Source of the DNA: Anaerolineae bacterium
GTDB lineage: Bacteria > Chloroflexota > Anaerolineae > S140-20
DNA length: 43,338 bases
Direction of reading: 5' to 3'
Assembly: GCA_027021705.1 (NCBI GenBank)
Contig: JALUTT010000071.1
Span: 1 to 43,338, forward strand
Of the stretch, positions 7,280 through 17,320 are shown piece by piece. The translations under genes and the position numbers were made by a program. Under the pieces are notes generated by a model. That model did not search any database. It was not told where the DNA came from and was given only the letters and a program-made list of their open reading frames with translations. Numbering within the stretch: position 1 is the stretch's first letter; each line of letters opens with the position of its first letter.

Positions 7280-7584
7280 CCCCCAGGAGCCAGCCCTCGG
7301 CGACGGGCTTCCTCCCGTAAGACGGCCATGATGGCGTGCAGGTCCAGCCCCTCCGGGCAGATCATCCCATCGGGATCAGCGTCGGCGCAGACCCAGATGG
7401 TGCGGTTGGTGAGCGCCCGCTCGTCGTCCTGCCGCACCGCCTGCATCACCTCGGACGGCAGGAGGTCCATCCTGGCGACCAGGTCATCGTCCAGGATGCA
7501 GCAGTCGCACTGGCGACAGCGACGGACATCCTGCCCCGTGGCCGCCAGGACGATGTAGACCAGAGGCCCTCGTCGGGATGCCAT
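7273..7584 (-). CDS. Small Cys-containing protein resembling a degenerate HdrC-like Fe-S subunit
   Basis: GQDVRRCRQCDCC...MDLLPSEVMQAV...TIWVCA...CPEGLDL; second cluster motif incomplete. Confidence 0.6.
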   Translation of the reverse strand: MASRRGPLVYIVLAATGQDVRRCRQCDCCILDDDLVARMDLLPSEVMQAVRQDDERALTNRTIWVCADADPDGMICPEGLDLHAIMAVLREEARRRGLAPGGP

Positions 7585-7697
7585 CGTTGCCCACCGACTT
7601 CTTCTTCCCACCGGGCCGGCGGTCTGGCAGCCGGGCGGGTCCCTGATCCACCCGGAGCGCCAAGGATGCGGAGCCGCTTTCTAAGGGGCTTCCAAGG

Positions 7698-8651
7698 TCA
7701 CGGCTTGGGGATCGCCAGGTCCTCCGGCCCCTGGTCCGAGAGCTTCAGCGTCGGGTTGGTGGCCTGGATCAGTTCGTGGATGATCTGGGCGTACTTGACC
7801 TTCTCCCGCGCCTGCCAGGCCAAGAGCTCGGGGCTGGTCCAGGGCTTGTACCAGGCCCCTGGGCCGGCGGCCAAGGCCGGCCCCGGCTCGATCTTGAAGT
7901 AGCAGGGGGCGCAGACACGGGCCATCTCCGCCCCCTCGTAGAAGCGGTTGAAGCCGCCAAAGCTGTCGGAGAGGTAGATGTGCAGGTCCATCGGGATCTC
8001 GATGGCCTGCCGGATGCTGGCCAACTGGGGCAGGCTCAGGTCGCCCAGGGGGTTGAAGGTGCTGGCTCCCAGCATCTGGAGCACCTTGCCGCCCGCGGCC
8101 GAGGCGTGGCCGGCGAAGATGCTGACCTTGAAGACCACGTCCTCAGGGATGTCGCCCCGCTTCTTCAGCTCGTTGACCAGCCAGAGCAGCCCTTCGTCAA
8201 TGACCAAGAAGCCCCGGAAGCCCAGGTCAATGCAGCGCAGGAACTCGCTGATGACGTAGCGGAGTTGGTCGGAGCCCCGATAGCGAAGGCCGGAGAGGCC
8301 CCCTTCGGGGGTGATCAACTGCCGACCCACATCCCAGCCGGAGCGGGGGCCAGGGGTGATGATCACCTCCAGCCGGGCCTCGGCCGCCATCTGGGCGAAG
8401 TCCCTGAGCTCGGCGTCATCCAGGAGCGTTGAGCCCATCACCGTGGAGATGAGGCGGTGGATGGGGATCTGCCGCTTGTTCATCTCGTCAATGAGCGCTT
8501 CGAGCACCTGGGGCCGCTCGACGCCGGAGATCTCCATCCGGTAGTGGGCTCCGTCGGGGAAGGTCTTCTCGCTGCTGGGCAGGTCGTAGGCATCCCGGCC
8601 GGGGATGCCCACGGCCTCGATCATCTTCTGGACATCGTGTTGATTGCGCAT
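7698..8651 (-). CDS. Conserved protein, probably U32-peptidase-like TIM barrel
   Basis: GAGG RBS; DLPSSEKTFPDGAHYRMEI, GFRGFLVIDEGLL, APCYFKIE; family recalled, not searched. Confidence 0.6.
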   Translation of the reverse strand: MRNQHDVQKMIEAVGIPGRDAYDLPSSEKTFPDGAHYRMEISGVERPQVLEALIDEMNKRQIPIHRLISTVMGSTLLDDAELRDFAQMAAEARLEVIITPGPRSGWDVGRQLITPEGGLSGLRYRGSDQLRYVISEFLRCIDLGFRGFLVIDEGLLWLVNELKKRGDIPEDVVFKVSIFAGHASAAGGKVLQMLGASTFNPLGDLSLPQLASIRQAIEIPMDLHIYLSDSFGGFNRFYEGAEMARVCAPCYFKIEPGPALAAGPGAWYKPWTSPELLAWQAREKVKYAQIIHELIQATNPTLKLSDQGPEDLAIPKP

Positions 8652-8667
8652 AGGGCACCTCGCTCGT

Positions 8668-9522
8668 CTATTGGTCCAGGAGGCGGAGAAGCGCTTCGTA
8701 CTCTTCGTCCTTGATGGTGAACCAGTTCTCCGGCTGGGGGAACTCCCGTTCGGTCACCTCTTTGACGTACTGCTTCAGGCCGTTGAGGATGACGCTTCCG
8801 GCGTCCCCGTAGACCTTGGCCATGCGGGGCTTGAACTTGGGGTAGAGGCGGAACATGTCGTGGAAGATGAGGAGCTGGCCGTGGGCGTGGGGGCCGGAGC
8901 CCAGGCTGATGATGGGGATGTTGGCCCGTTCGGTGATGAGCTGGCAGACGCGGTCGGGGACCATCTCCAGCAGGATGGCGAAGGTGCCGGCTTCCTCCAG
9001 GATCTTGGCGTCCTCGACGATCCGCTTCGCCCGCTCGGCATCCCGCCCCTGCACCCGGAAGCCGCCCAAGGCGGAGGCGCTCTGGGGCGTCAGGCCCAGG
9101 TGGCCCATCACCGGGATGCCGGCGTTGGCGATGGCCTCGATCCGGTCGGCCATCTCCTGTCCGCCCTCCAGCTTGACCCCGTCGCAGGCCGCTTCGGCCA
9201 TGAAACGGCCGGCGTTGCGGATGGCCGTCTCCACCGAGGGCTGGTAGGTCATATAAGGCATATCGCCGATGAGGAAGGCGTTGGGCGTGCCCCGGCGCAC
9301 GGCCTGGCTGTGGCGGATCATGTCGTCCATCGTCGCCGGCAGCGTGCTGTCGTAGCCCAACACCGTCATCGCCAGGCTATCCCCCACCAGCACGATGTCT
9401 ATCCCGGCCTCCTCGACCAGGTAGGCCATCGGGTAGTCGTAGCAGGTGATCATCGTGATGGGGATGCCCTGGGCCATCTTGTTGTAAAGGACGGGCAACG
9501 TGACCTTCTTCCGCTCGTTCAT
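8668..9522 (-). CDS. panB: 3-methyl-2-oxobutanoate hydroxymethyltransferase
   Basis: ITMITCYD, LVGDSL, GDMPY, VKLEGG, MGHLGLTPQ; GGAGG RBS before ATG 9522. Confidence 0.95.
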   Translation of the reverse strand: MNERKKVTLPVLYNKMAQGIPITMITCYDYPMAYLVEEAGIDIVLVGDSLAMTVLGYDSTLPATMDDMIRHSQAVRRGTPNAFLIGDMPYMTYQPSVETAIRNAGRFMAEAACDGVKLEGGQEMADRIEAIANAGIPVMGHLGLTPQSASALGGFRVQGRDAERAKRIVEDAKILEEAGTFAILLEMVPDRVCQLITERANIPIISLGSGPHAHGQLLIFHDMFRLYPKFKPRMAKVYGDAGSVILNGLKQYVKEVTEREFPQPENWFTIKDEEYEALLRLLDQ

Positions 9523-9634
9523 AGGGAACCTCCCTCCGCTTACCGAAACGATACCCGGCACGGGGGAACACGCTGGGGTGCCGGGCTCAAATGGCGCTCT
9601 TCCCCAGTTTAGAGAACCAGGACGGGGCTAGCAA

Positions 9635-9648
9635 GTGACAAATGTCAC
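9635..9648. promoter_or_regulatory. Palindromic operator candidate (GTGA-N6-TCAC, CRP/FNR-like spacing)
   Basis: GTGACA-AA-TGTCAC in the divergent panB/SDR intergenic region. Confidence 0.4.
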
Positions 9649-9872
9649 CTTATAGCCTCAACTCCGTCATCCCATCACCGGGATGAGAATCGGCCCGATA
9701 GGCCGCAAGCCGGGGGGTGGGGAGATTCTACGGGAAAAGCGGGAGGCTGTCAAGGGGGGCTCCCCCATAGGCCGGAATTGTGGTAAAATGACCTTGGGAA
9801 CCCATTCCGATCGCCAGCGCTCACGCGCGACCTATCCTCCACGAGGCACGAGGAAAAAGGATCACGCTGGCT

Positions 9873-10904
9873 ATGGATAACCAACCCACAGGCGCAGCCT
9901 CACCAAGTCCCTCCTCCCCCCCCACCGTGTTGGTGACCGGGGCGACCGGCTTCCTGGGAGCCAACCTAGTCGCCGGTCTCAATGCCCTGGGGTATCCTGT
10001 ACGTGCCCTGCACCGCCGTACCTCCCGCTTCGATGGACTAGAGGGTCTGGAATACGAGCCGGTCCTAGGTGACCTGCTGGACCCTGCCTCGCTGCGTGCG
10101 GCGATGGAAGGGGTGGACTGGGTCTTTCACGCCGCCGCTGTTGCCGACTACTGGCGCACTCCTCCGGAGATCCTCTACCGGGTCAACGTGGAAGGCACGC
10201 GCCACGTGATGGCCATTGCCTTGGAGAGCGGTGTCCGGCGGGTCGTCTTCACCAGTTCCGTCGCCGCCCTGGGCGTCCCCCCCGACGACCGACCCCTGAA
10301 CGAGGAGGCGACCTTCAACCTCCCTCCTCACCGCTTCCCCTACGGCCATAGCAAGCACCTGGCCGAGCAGATCGTGCAGGTCTTCGTCACCCGGGGGTTG
10401 GAGGCCGTCATCGTCAACCCCGCCGTCATCATCGGTCCCCGCGACCACCACTTCATCTCCGGCAGCCTCATCAGGGCCGTCTACCGTAGGCAAGTGCCCG
10501 TCGCCCCCCCTGGGGGAACGAACTATGTGGCCGTCGAGGATGTGGTGGCCGGTCACCTGGCCGCCATTCAGCGGGGCCGGCCAGGGGAACGGTACATCCT
10601 AGCCGGGGAGAACCTGACCTACCGGGAGATGTTCCGGATCGTAGCCGAGGTGGTGGGCGTACCTCCTCCCCGTTGGACGCTGCCCCGCCCTTTGGTCGGC
10701 CCCTTGGCCTTGGCTGTGGACCTTCTCAACCGGGTCTGGCCGGGCCACCTGCCCATAGACGGCAATCAAATCCGCTTGAGCGGACGGTTTCTCTACTTTG
10801 ACGGCAGCAAGGCCCGGCAAGAGCTAGGGCTGGGACCTCCCACCCCCTTCCGGGAGGCTGTGCGAGCCGCCTTTCAATGGTATCGGGAGCATGGGGATTT
10901 GTGA
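9873..10904 (+). CDS. NAD-dependent epimerase/dehydratase (HpnA/DFR-like extended SDR)
   Basis: VTGATGFLG, FHAAA, TSS, YGHSK. Confidence 0.9.
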   Translation: MDNQPTGAASPSPSSPPTVLVTGATGFLGANLVAGLNALGYPVRALHRRTSRFDGLEGLEYEPVLGDLLDPASLRAAMEGVDWVFHAAAVADYWRTPPEILYRVNVEGTRHVMAIALESGVRRVVFTSSVAALGVPPDDRPLNEEATFNLPPHRFPYGHSKHLAEQIVQVFVTRGLEAVIVNPAVIIGPRDHHFISGSLIRAVYRRQVPVAPPGGTNYVAVEDVVAGHLAAIQRGRPGERYILAGENLTYREMFRIVAEVVGVPPPRWTLPRPLVGPLALAVDLLNRVWPGHLPIDGNQIRLSGRFLYFDGSKARQELGLGPPTPFREAVRAAFQWYREHGDL

Positions 10905-10934
10905 GCAGGCGATGACACACATAGGAGGACCGCA

Positions 10935-12023
10935 ATGAAGATCTTCATCACCGGAGGCACAGGGTTCATCGGCAGTACGTTGGTCCGCCAACTGGTACAG
11001 CAGGGCCACCAAGTGACCTGCTTGGTGCGCAGTTCGTGGAAGGCCGAAGGGCTGCAAGCGATGGGCGTGGAGGTGGCCTGGGGGGACATCACCGACCGGG
11101 CTTCGATGCGGGAGCCTATGGCGGGAGCCGACTTGGTCTTTCACCTGGCAGCCTGGTACGAAGTGGGCCTGCCTCCCGGCGCCGGTCCCTTGATGGAGAC
11201 CATCAACGTCGGGGGAACGGAGAACGTGCTGGGGCTGGCCGTGGAGCTAGGCATACCCCGCATCGTCTACACCAGCACCATCGGCGTCTACGGCGACACC
11301 TATGGGCGGGTGGTGGATGAGACCTACCCCCGAGCCTGCCCTTTCCTCTCCCACTACGATCGCACCAAGTTCCTGGCCCACCAGGTGGCTCAACGCTACA
11401 TTGAGCAGGGCGCTCCGGTGATCATCGTCCTGCCAGGGTCGGTGTATGGTCCTGGCGATCCCAGCCAGTTGGGCCGGTTGATTCGGATGGTCCTGCGGCG
11501 GCAACTGCCGGTCCTTCTGGGCGCTGACAGCACCTTTACCTTCGTCCACGTGGATGATGTCGCACGAGGCCACTGGCTGGCCGCCGAGAGGGGAAGACTC
11601 GGCGAGAGCTACATCCTGGCCGGCGACGTGATGTCCCTGGGCGACTTCGTACGGCTGGTCGCCCGCCTGGGCCGGGTCCCTCCACCGCCCCTCATCCTGG
11701 GCTCCCGCCCGGCCATCCCGCTCTACCTGACCGCCCGTCTGATTGAGCAGGTCCTGCCTCTCCCTCCCCTCTTTGCCTCGGAATCGTTGCGCAGCCTCAC
11801 AGGGGTGACGTTGATGGTCACCTCGGCCAAGGCGGAGCGGGAGCTGGGTTACACCCACCGCCCTCTGGAAGAAGGATTGGCCGAAACGGTGGCCTGGGAG
11901 CTGGCCCACCAGAGCGGCCCACCGATCACCTGGCCGACCCGACACCAAGTCGCCGGTGGCCTGATCCTGGCTGCCGCAGGTCTACTGCTCACCTGGCTGC
12001 TGAGCCGCCGCTTCCGACGGTGA
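10935..12023 (+). CDS. Second extended SDR with C-terminal membrane anchor
   Basis: AGGAGG RBS; ITGGTGFIG, FHLAA, YDRTK; hydrophobic C-terminus followed by RRFRR. Confidence 0.9.
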   Translation: MKIFITGGTGFIGSTLVRQLVQQGHQVTCLVRSSWKAEGLQAMGVEVAWGDITDRASMREPMAGADLVFHLAAWYEVGLPPGAGPLMETINVGGTENVLGLAVELGIPRIVYTSTIGVYGDTYGRVVDETYPRACPFLSHYDRTKFLAHQVAQRYIEQGAPVIIVLPGSVYGPGDPSQLGRLIRMVLRRQLPVLLGADSTFTFVHVDDVARGHWLAAERGRLGESYILAGDVMSLGDFVRLVARLGRVPPPPLILGSRPAIPLYLTARLIEQVLPLPPLFASESLRSLTGVTLMVTSAKAERELGYTHRPLEEGLAETVAWELAHQSGPPITWPTRHQVAGGLILAAAGLLLTWLLSRRFRR

Positions 12024-12072
12024 GCCCGGTCGTCGTTCGTCCTTCAGATACCCTTGAACAGGGAGGTGTGTC

Positions 12073-12774
12073 ATGGAATCGCTTCTAGGGATCAACCTGG
12101 AGACCTTGATTGGAACGCTGGCCGCCTACTTCGCCATCATGGCTGTCCTGGCCGTAGGCACCGAGGTCGCTTTGGATGCCCTCAAGATCCGCATCTTGCG
12201 GAAACGTCCCTCGCCCCTGGAGACCCTCAAGGAGGTGGACGACTGGATTCCCGCCGACAAAGCCGGTCAAATGGAAGCCCGCCTCAAGGCCATCACCCAG
12301 GTCCTCGCCGATGTAGACCGCACTCTGGAGTCCGCCCGAAAGGAGTGGAAGCCTATCCTGGATGAGGCCATCCACAGAGGAGAGACCTATCTCAAAGAGA
12401 CGGACCTGGCCGAAGCGCTGATACGGCTGGAGGCCCGAGCCAAGGAACTGAACCGCTATCGGGTAGCCGCCATTCGGATCTTCTCCCTGATCATCGGCAT
12501 CTTCCTGGCCGCTGTGCTCCAGGTCAATACCTTCGATTTGCTCCAGCCGGTGATTCCTGGTATCTTCAGCGGCATCCTAACCCCGGGAAGCGTTTGGTTC
12601 AACATCGCCGGCATCCTCCTCAGTGGCTTGGGGGCCAGCGCCGGTTCCTCCTTCTGGCACGACCAGATGAAGCGGCTGCAGCAGACCCAACAGGTGGTGA
12701 AGGCTGCCGAAGAGCTCAAACGGGAGGCCACCATCATCCTCCAGGGCGCGGTCGCCTCGGCCCCGGAAGAGTGA
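12073..12774 (+). CDS. Hypothetical membrane protein
   Basis: GGAGG RBS; three hydrophobic segments; GLGASAGSSFWHD motif. Confidence 0.75.
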   Translation: MESLLGINLETLIGTLAAYFAIMAVLAVGTEVALDALKIRILRKRPSPLETLKEVDDWIPADKAGQMEARLKAITQVLADVDRTLESARKEWKPILDEAIHRGETYLKETDLAEALIRLEARAKELNRYRVAAIRIFSLIIGIFLAAVLQVNTFDLLQPVIPGIFSGILTPGSVWFNIAGILLSGLGASAGSSFWHDQMKRLQQTQQVVKAAEELKREATIILQGAVASAPEE

Positions 12775-12817
12775 TCGCACCGATGCTATGCTCCCTGCAC
12801 GTCGCGGAGCCGGTGCA

Positions 12818-12857
12818 TAAACTCACCGTTTACAAACCCTTGCTTCTGTGATAGAAT
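12818..12857 (+). promoter_or_regulatory. sigma70 promoter with overlapping inverted repeat (candidate autoregulatory operator)
   Basis: TTTACA(12829)-17 nt-TAGAAT(12852) with TG extension; TAAAC-N5-GTTTA (12818-12832) overlaps the -35. Confidence 0.55.
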
Positions 12858-12903
12858 GGAGGGGCAGGAACCGAGGGCCATCCCAAGACTGGGCAGGGGT
12901 GAC

Positions 12904-13536
12904 ATGCACGCGACCAAACAGAAGATTCTGACCGCCATCAAGACGCGGGGCGGCCTCACCACGGGGGAGCTGAGCGAGATCCTGGGCATCAGCACCACGG
13001 CTGTACGTCGTCACCTGGCCAATCTGGAGGCCCAAGGACTGCTCCACCACCGACGCGAGCAGCGCGGCCTGGGCCGGCCTAGCTTCGTCTACGAACTGAC
13101 GGAGCGCGCCCAGCAGCAGTTCCCCCAACGTTACGCCGAGTTCGCCCTGGACCTGCTCCAGGAGATCCAGGCGGCGGAGGGGGATGAGGAGATCATCCGG
13201 CTCTTTCGGCGCAGCGCCCAGCGCCGTCTGGAACGTTACCGCCCCCACCTCCAAGGGGATTCCCTCCCCCGACGCCTGGCGACCCTGATCCAGATGCTGG
13301 AGGAGGAGGGCCAGATGCCCACCTGGGAGGAAGCAGCTCCGGGCCGATTCCTGCTGCGACAACATCACTGCCCTTTGCTGAAGATCGCCCAACACTTCCC
13401 CCAGGTCTGCGATGTGGAGACCTGGTTCCTAAGCGAGTTGCTCCAGGCCCCCGTCGTCCGGCGATGCCACATCCTCCAGGGCGACACCGCCTGCGTCTAC
13501 GAGATTGGGAACGGGAAGAGTGCTCCCATCCTGTAG
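12904..13536 (+). CDS. SufR-like HTH transcriptional regulator with Cys-containing sensor domain
   Basis: N-terminal HTH (LGISTTAVRRHL, GRPSFVYELT); C-terminal HHCP...VCDVE...ILQGDTACVY. Confidence 0.85.
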   Translation: MHATKQKILTAIKTRGGLTTGELSEILGISTTAVRRHLANLEAQGLLHHRREQRGLGRPSFVYELTERAQQQFPQRYAEFALDLLQEIQAAEGDEEIIRLFRRSAQRRLERYRPHLQGDSLPRRLATLIQMLEEEGQMPTWEEAAPGRFLLRQHHCPLLKIAQHFPQVCDVETWFLSELLQAPVVRRCHILQGDTACVYEIGNGKSAPIL

Positions 13537-13649
13537 GCTTGCTGACCGTTGGGCACCAGATATGCCACCCAGGGCCTGGTGTCCTCGGAGCCTGCCTGAT
13601 CACTACCCGGCATCGAACTCCCAACCACCCGCTTACAGGGGACGCGGCC

Positions 13650-14303
13650 GTGGGAACCCGGCACAACCTCTCAAACCCGACGGCATCTAAAGGGATAACG
13701 GACAACGTCGAGGACGAAGCTGTCCTGCTCTCCCGGCTCCAGGCTGGTGATCGCGCTGCCTTCGCCTACCTGGTAGAGATCCACTCCCCCCACGTCTATC
13801 GGGTCGCTCTCAAGCTGTTGGGGGATGAGCAGGAGGCCGAGGAGGTGCTCCAGGAGACCTTCCTGAGAGCCTTCGAGAAGATCGGCCAATTTGAGGGGCG
13901 CGCCCGCTTGGGCACCTGGCTCTACCGCATCGCTACCAACCTGGCCCTGATGCGGTTGCGAAAGCGGCAGCTTCCCACCGTCCCCTTGGACGAGCCTCTC
14001 AGCGGGGAAGATGGGGAGGAGATGCCCCGGGAACTCCTGGATTGGAGTCAACTCCCCGAGGAGGAGCTGCTGAGTGCCGAGGCCCGGGCCGAGATGGATG
14101 CCGCCATCGCCGCCCTGCCGGAGACGCTGCGCTCCGTCTTCGTCCTGCGGGACATCGAGGGGCTCTCCACCCAAGAGACGGCCGACGTGCTTGGCCTCTC
14201 CGTGCCCGCCGTCAAATCGCGCCTCCTGCGGGCTCGCCTGGCCCTCCGCGAACGCCTTTCCGAGTACTTCGCCGAGCGGGTTCGGCAGGTGGACCATGCT
14301 TAG
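13650..14303 (+). CDS. ECF RNA polymerase sigma-70 factor (start uncertain: GTG13650 or near 13695)
   Basis: Region 2 EAEEVLQETFLRAF...TWLYRIATN; region 4 LRDIEGLSTQETADVLGLSVPAVKSRLLRAR. Confidence 0.9.
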   Translation: MGTRHNLSNPTASKGITDNVEDEAVLLSRLQAGDRAAFAYLVEIHSPHVYRVALKLLGDEQEAEEVLQETFLRAFEKIGQFEGRARLGTWLYRIATNLALMRLRKRQLPTVPLDEPLSGEDGEEMPRELLDWSQLPEEELLSAEARAEMDAAIAALPETLRSVFVLRDIEGLSTQETADVLGLSVPAVKSRLLRARLALRERLSEYFAERVRQVDHA

Positions 14304-14541
14304 AGCAATGGAATGCCGAGAACTGCTGGGAAACCTGATGGACTACCTAGACGGTGAGGCCGAGGCGGCTCTCTGCGCCGAGATCGAACGCCACCTGGCT
14401 GCCTGTCCCGACTGCCGCGTGATCGTGGACACGACCCGTAAGACCATTACCCTCTACCGGGCCTACGCCCCGCCCGTGATTCCTGAGGACGTGCGTCGGC
14501 GGCTCTACCGGGTCCTGAACCTGGAGGACTTCATCGCCTAG
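14296..14541 (+). CDS. zf-HC2 anti-sigma factor
   Basis: CRELL...DYLDGE...HLAACPDC (HxxxCxxC); overlaps the sigma gene end. Confidence 0.88.
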   Translation: MLRAMECRELLGNLMDYLDGEAEAALCAEIERHLAACPDCRVIVDTTRKTITLYRAYAPPVIPEDVRRRLYRVLNLEDFIA

Positions 14542-14557
14542 CGACAAGCACCTGTCT

Positions 14558-15292
14558 ATGGATGATAAGCCACCTCATCCCGACCAGGCTCAGAAGCTCC
14601 TGCACTACCTGCTCAAGAGGATCAACAGAGCCATCCGGGAGTTCCGGCAGATCGAGGATGGTGACCGGGTGGCCGTTGCCCTCTCCGGCGGCAAGGATAG
14701 CCGAACACTGCTGGAGGCGCTCTGCTGCCAACGCCGCTACACGCCGGAGCGCTACGAGGTGATCGCCCTCCACGTTGTGGGCACCAGCGCCGGCTTTCCC
14801 GACCTGCGGCCCGAGCTGGAGCCCTGGCTGGAGCGCCTGGGCGTCCCGTATGAGTTCGTCCCCCTGGAGCTCCCCCCAGGCGAGCCACGACCTCTCTCCT
14901 GCTTCCGCTGCAGTTGGAACCGGCGCAAAGCTCTCTTCCTGGCCGCCGATCGGTTGGGCTGCAACAAGCTGGCCTTCGGTCACCACGCCGACGATGCGGC
15001 GGCGACAGTGCTGATGAACCTGGCCTACCAGGGTCGGCTGGAGCCTCTCTGGCCCCGTCTTCGCTTCTTTGAGGGCCGGATCACCCTCATCCGACCGCTG
15101 ATCTACGTGGAGGAGCGGGAGATCCGCCGCTACGCCAGAGCGGTTGGCTACCCGGAGGCCTCCTGGGTCTGCCTCCAGGGCACCGTCTCGAAACGCCATC
15201 GGATGAAGGCCCTGCTGCAGGAGCTGACCCGGGAGAACCGCCACGTCCGAGCCAACCTTTGGCGGGCTGCCCGGCGGGCGGCCGGCTTCTAG
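14558..15292 (+). CDS. ttcA: TtcA-like tRNA thiolation PP-loop ATPase
   Basis: VALSGGKDS, CFRC...RR, GHHADD, IRPLIY; second CxxC reduced to a single Cys. Confidence 0.7.
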   Translation: MDDKPPHPDQAQKLLHYLLKRINRAIREFRQIEDGDRVAVALSGGKDSRTLLEALCCQRRYTPERYEVIALHVVGTSAGFPDLRPELEPWLERLGVPYEFVPLELPPGEPRPLSCFRCSWNRRKALFLAADRLGCNKLAFGHHADDAAATVLMNLAYQGRLEPLWPRLRFFEGRITLIRPLIYVEEREIRRYARAVGYPEASWVCLQGTVSKRHRMKALLQELTRENRHVRANLWRAARRAAGF

Positions 15293-15470
15293 CACACACC
15301 CGGCTATCTGACCGCTGTCACCCTCCTGCTAGGCGCGCGGTGTCCGATGACAGCCATGGCTTATCGCAACCTGCAGGAAGGTCCCTGGGAGATGTGAGAG
15401 ATAGCTCAGGCACACATCCCCTCTCTATCTCCTTACTCTACCTACCTAACGACCTAACGAGGAAGAGCTT

Positions 15471-16259
15471 ATGAGCAACCTGCACTGGAAGACCGCCATC
15501 ACTCAGGTCAGGCCCAACGAAATTCGCCTGCGCGGATATCGCATTGACGAGTTGATGGGCCGGGTCACCTTCGGTCAGGCCGTCTACCTGGCCCTGCGGG
15601 GTGATCTCCCTTCGCCAGAGGTGGGGCGGCTGATCGAGGCGATGCTGGTCTCTTCCATTGACCACGGAGCGACGCCTCCCTCGGCGTTGACTGCCCGGAC
15701 GGTGGCCTCTACCGGTGCTCCTCTCAACGCTGCCGTCGCCGCCGGCGTCCTGGCCATCAGCCGCTACCACGGCGGGGCCATCGAAGACGCTATGCGGACG
15801 CTCCTGGATGCTCTGGCCCGCCAGGACGAAGAGGGGACAGCGGCCGAGGCCGTCGCCGCCCAGGTGATCGCCGAGATGCGGGCGGCGAAGAGACGGGTGC
15901 CCGGCTTCGGCCACCGCATCCACACCGACGATCCCCGCACCAAGCGCCTCTTCGCCCTGGCCGAGGAAGCCGGTGTCGCCGGCCGGGGGGTGGCGATGAT
16001 GCGAGCGTTGGAGGCCGCGCTGGCCGAGGCTTTGGGCCGTCACCTGCCCATCAACGTGGACGGTGCGTTGGCCGCCCTGCTGGTGGACTTGGGTTTCTCG
16101 CCGGAGATGGGCAATGCCTTCTTCATCATAGCCCGTCTGCCTGGCCTGGTCGCCCACGTCTACGAGGAGCAGGCGCGCCAGCGGCCTATGCGCCGCATCC
16201 ACCCCACCGACCACGAGTACGACGGCCCACCGGCACGGGACGTAACCCGCGATACGTAA
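15471..16259 (+). CDS. Citryl-CoA lyase (citrate-synthase fold)
   Basis: WKTAITQV...IRLRGY, DHGATPPS, HGGAIE, PGFGHRIHTDDPR, PINVDG. Confidence 0.88.
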   Translation: MSNLHWKTAITQVRPNEIRLRGYRIDELMGRVTFGQAVYLALRGDLPSPEVGRLIEAMLVSSIDHGATPPSALTARTVASTGAPLNAAVAAGVLAISRYHGGAIEDAMRTLLDALARQDEEGTAAEAVAAQVIAEMRAAKRRVPGFGHRIHTDDPRTKRLFALAEEAGVAGRGVAMMRALEAALAEALGRHLPINVDGALAALLVDLGFSPEMGNAFFIIARLPGLVAHVYEEQARQRPMRRIHPTDHEYDGPPARDVTRDT

Positions 16260-16300
16260 CGCGCAACCCGCGACACGCAATCCACGAGGAGTGCACAGGT

Positions 16301-16846
16301 ATGGATGTCCGACGCAAACTCACCGAGATTATCCCTGAGTTCAACGAGATCCGCGACGAAGAGCTGCGGGCGAAGACCTTGGCGGTCTGGGAAGAGGCTC
16401 TGGCTCTAGGGGGATGGACCTTAGAAGCCCTGCAGCAGATCCCCTTCACTTTGCTGGCCGAAGATGTGCAGGTTACCTTCATCGAGCACGTCCGCACCGT
16501 TTGCCGCCTCTGCATTGCCGCCGAGGGGGTACTGCGGGAGGCCTATGGGGAGCGGGTCGCCGTAGATCGCGATGCCCTGGTCGCCGGTGCCCTGTTGGCC
16601 GATGTGGGCAAGCTCCTAGAGTACCGCCAGGAGCCCGATGGCCAAGTCGTCTTCACCGAGACCTACCGCTACCTACGCCACCCCTTCACCGGCGTGGCCC
16701 TGGCCTACAAGCACGGCCTTCCCGAAGCGGTCCTGCACATCATCGCCACCCACTCTTGGGAAGGGGACAAGTTCAAGCGCCGGCCGGAGTCCATCATCTT
16801 TCACCACGCTGACTTCATTGACTTCGACCTGGTACGGTTCCGGTAG
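16301..16846 (+). CDS. HD/HDIG-domain protein (HD replaced by AD)
   Basis: IPFTLL, EHVR, LLADVGKLLEY, RHPFTG, HHADF. Confidence 0.8.
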   Translation: MDVRRKLTEIIPEFNEIRDEELRAKTLAVWEEALALGGWTLEALQQIPFTLLAEDVQVTFIEHVRTVCRLCIAAEGVLREAYGERVAVDRDALVAGALLADVGKLLEYRQEPDGQVVFTETYRYLRHPFTGVALAYKHGLPEAVLHIIATHSWEGDKFKRRPESIIFHHADFIDFDLVRFR

Positions 16847-17093
16847 CCTCCAGGGGGGGCACCTCAAAGGACCCGGTTCTTACGGATTCTCCCTTGACCC
16901 GGCTCCGCTGGTGGTCACTCCCTTGGGTGGTGTTTATCAATATCTGCTCGTTTCAGCCTATCCTTCACGCCCCCGCTCCTAACGGCTCGCGGTGGTCGCC
17001 AATCCCCTGCAGGTCAAGGGGATCGCTTCAAACTCGGAACAATCACAAAAGCGGTGATTACCCACAAGTGAGCGAGGGAGTGGTCCGTAGTAG

Positions 17094-17170
17094 GCCGTCC
17101 ACGAATTTCTCACAAATGCACGAATGAGGCGGTCCTTAATTCGTGTATTCGTGCCCCATTCGTGGACGGC
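17094..17170. repeat. REP-like palindrome
   Basis: GCCGTCCACGAAT...ATTCGTGGACGGC arms with internal CACGAAT/ATTCGTG repeats. Confidence 0.65.
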
Positions 17171-17320
17171 TAGTGGTTTGTCAACCGATATTTTGTGGGC
17201 GCGAAACAGCCTTATAGGGAGGCGCTCACACCCACAAATTCAGGGTTGACGACCCACTGGTCTGCCTATCTCCAAAGATATGGGTAATCACCGGCCTGGA
17301 AGCGGCCTGGCGGCGGGCCA

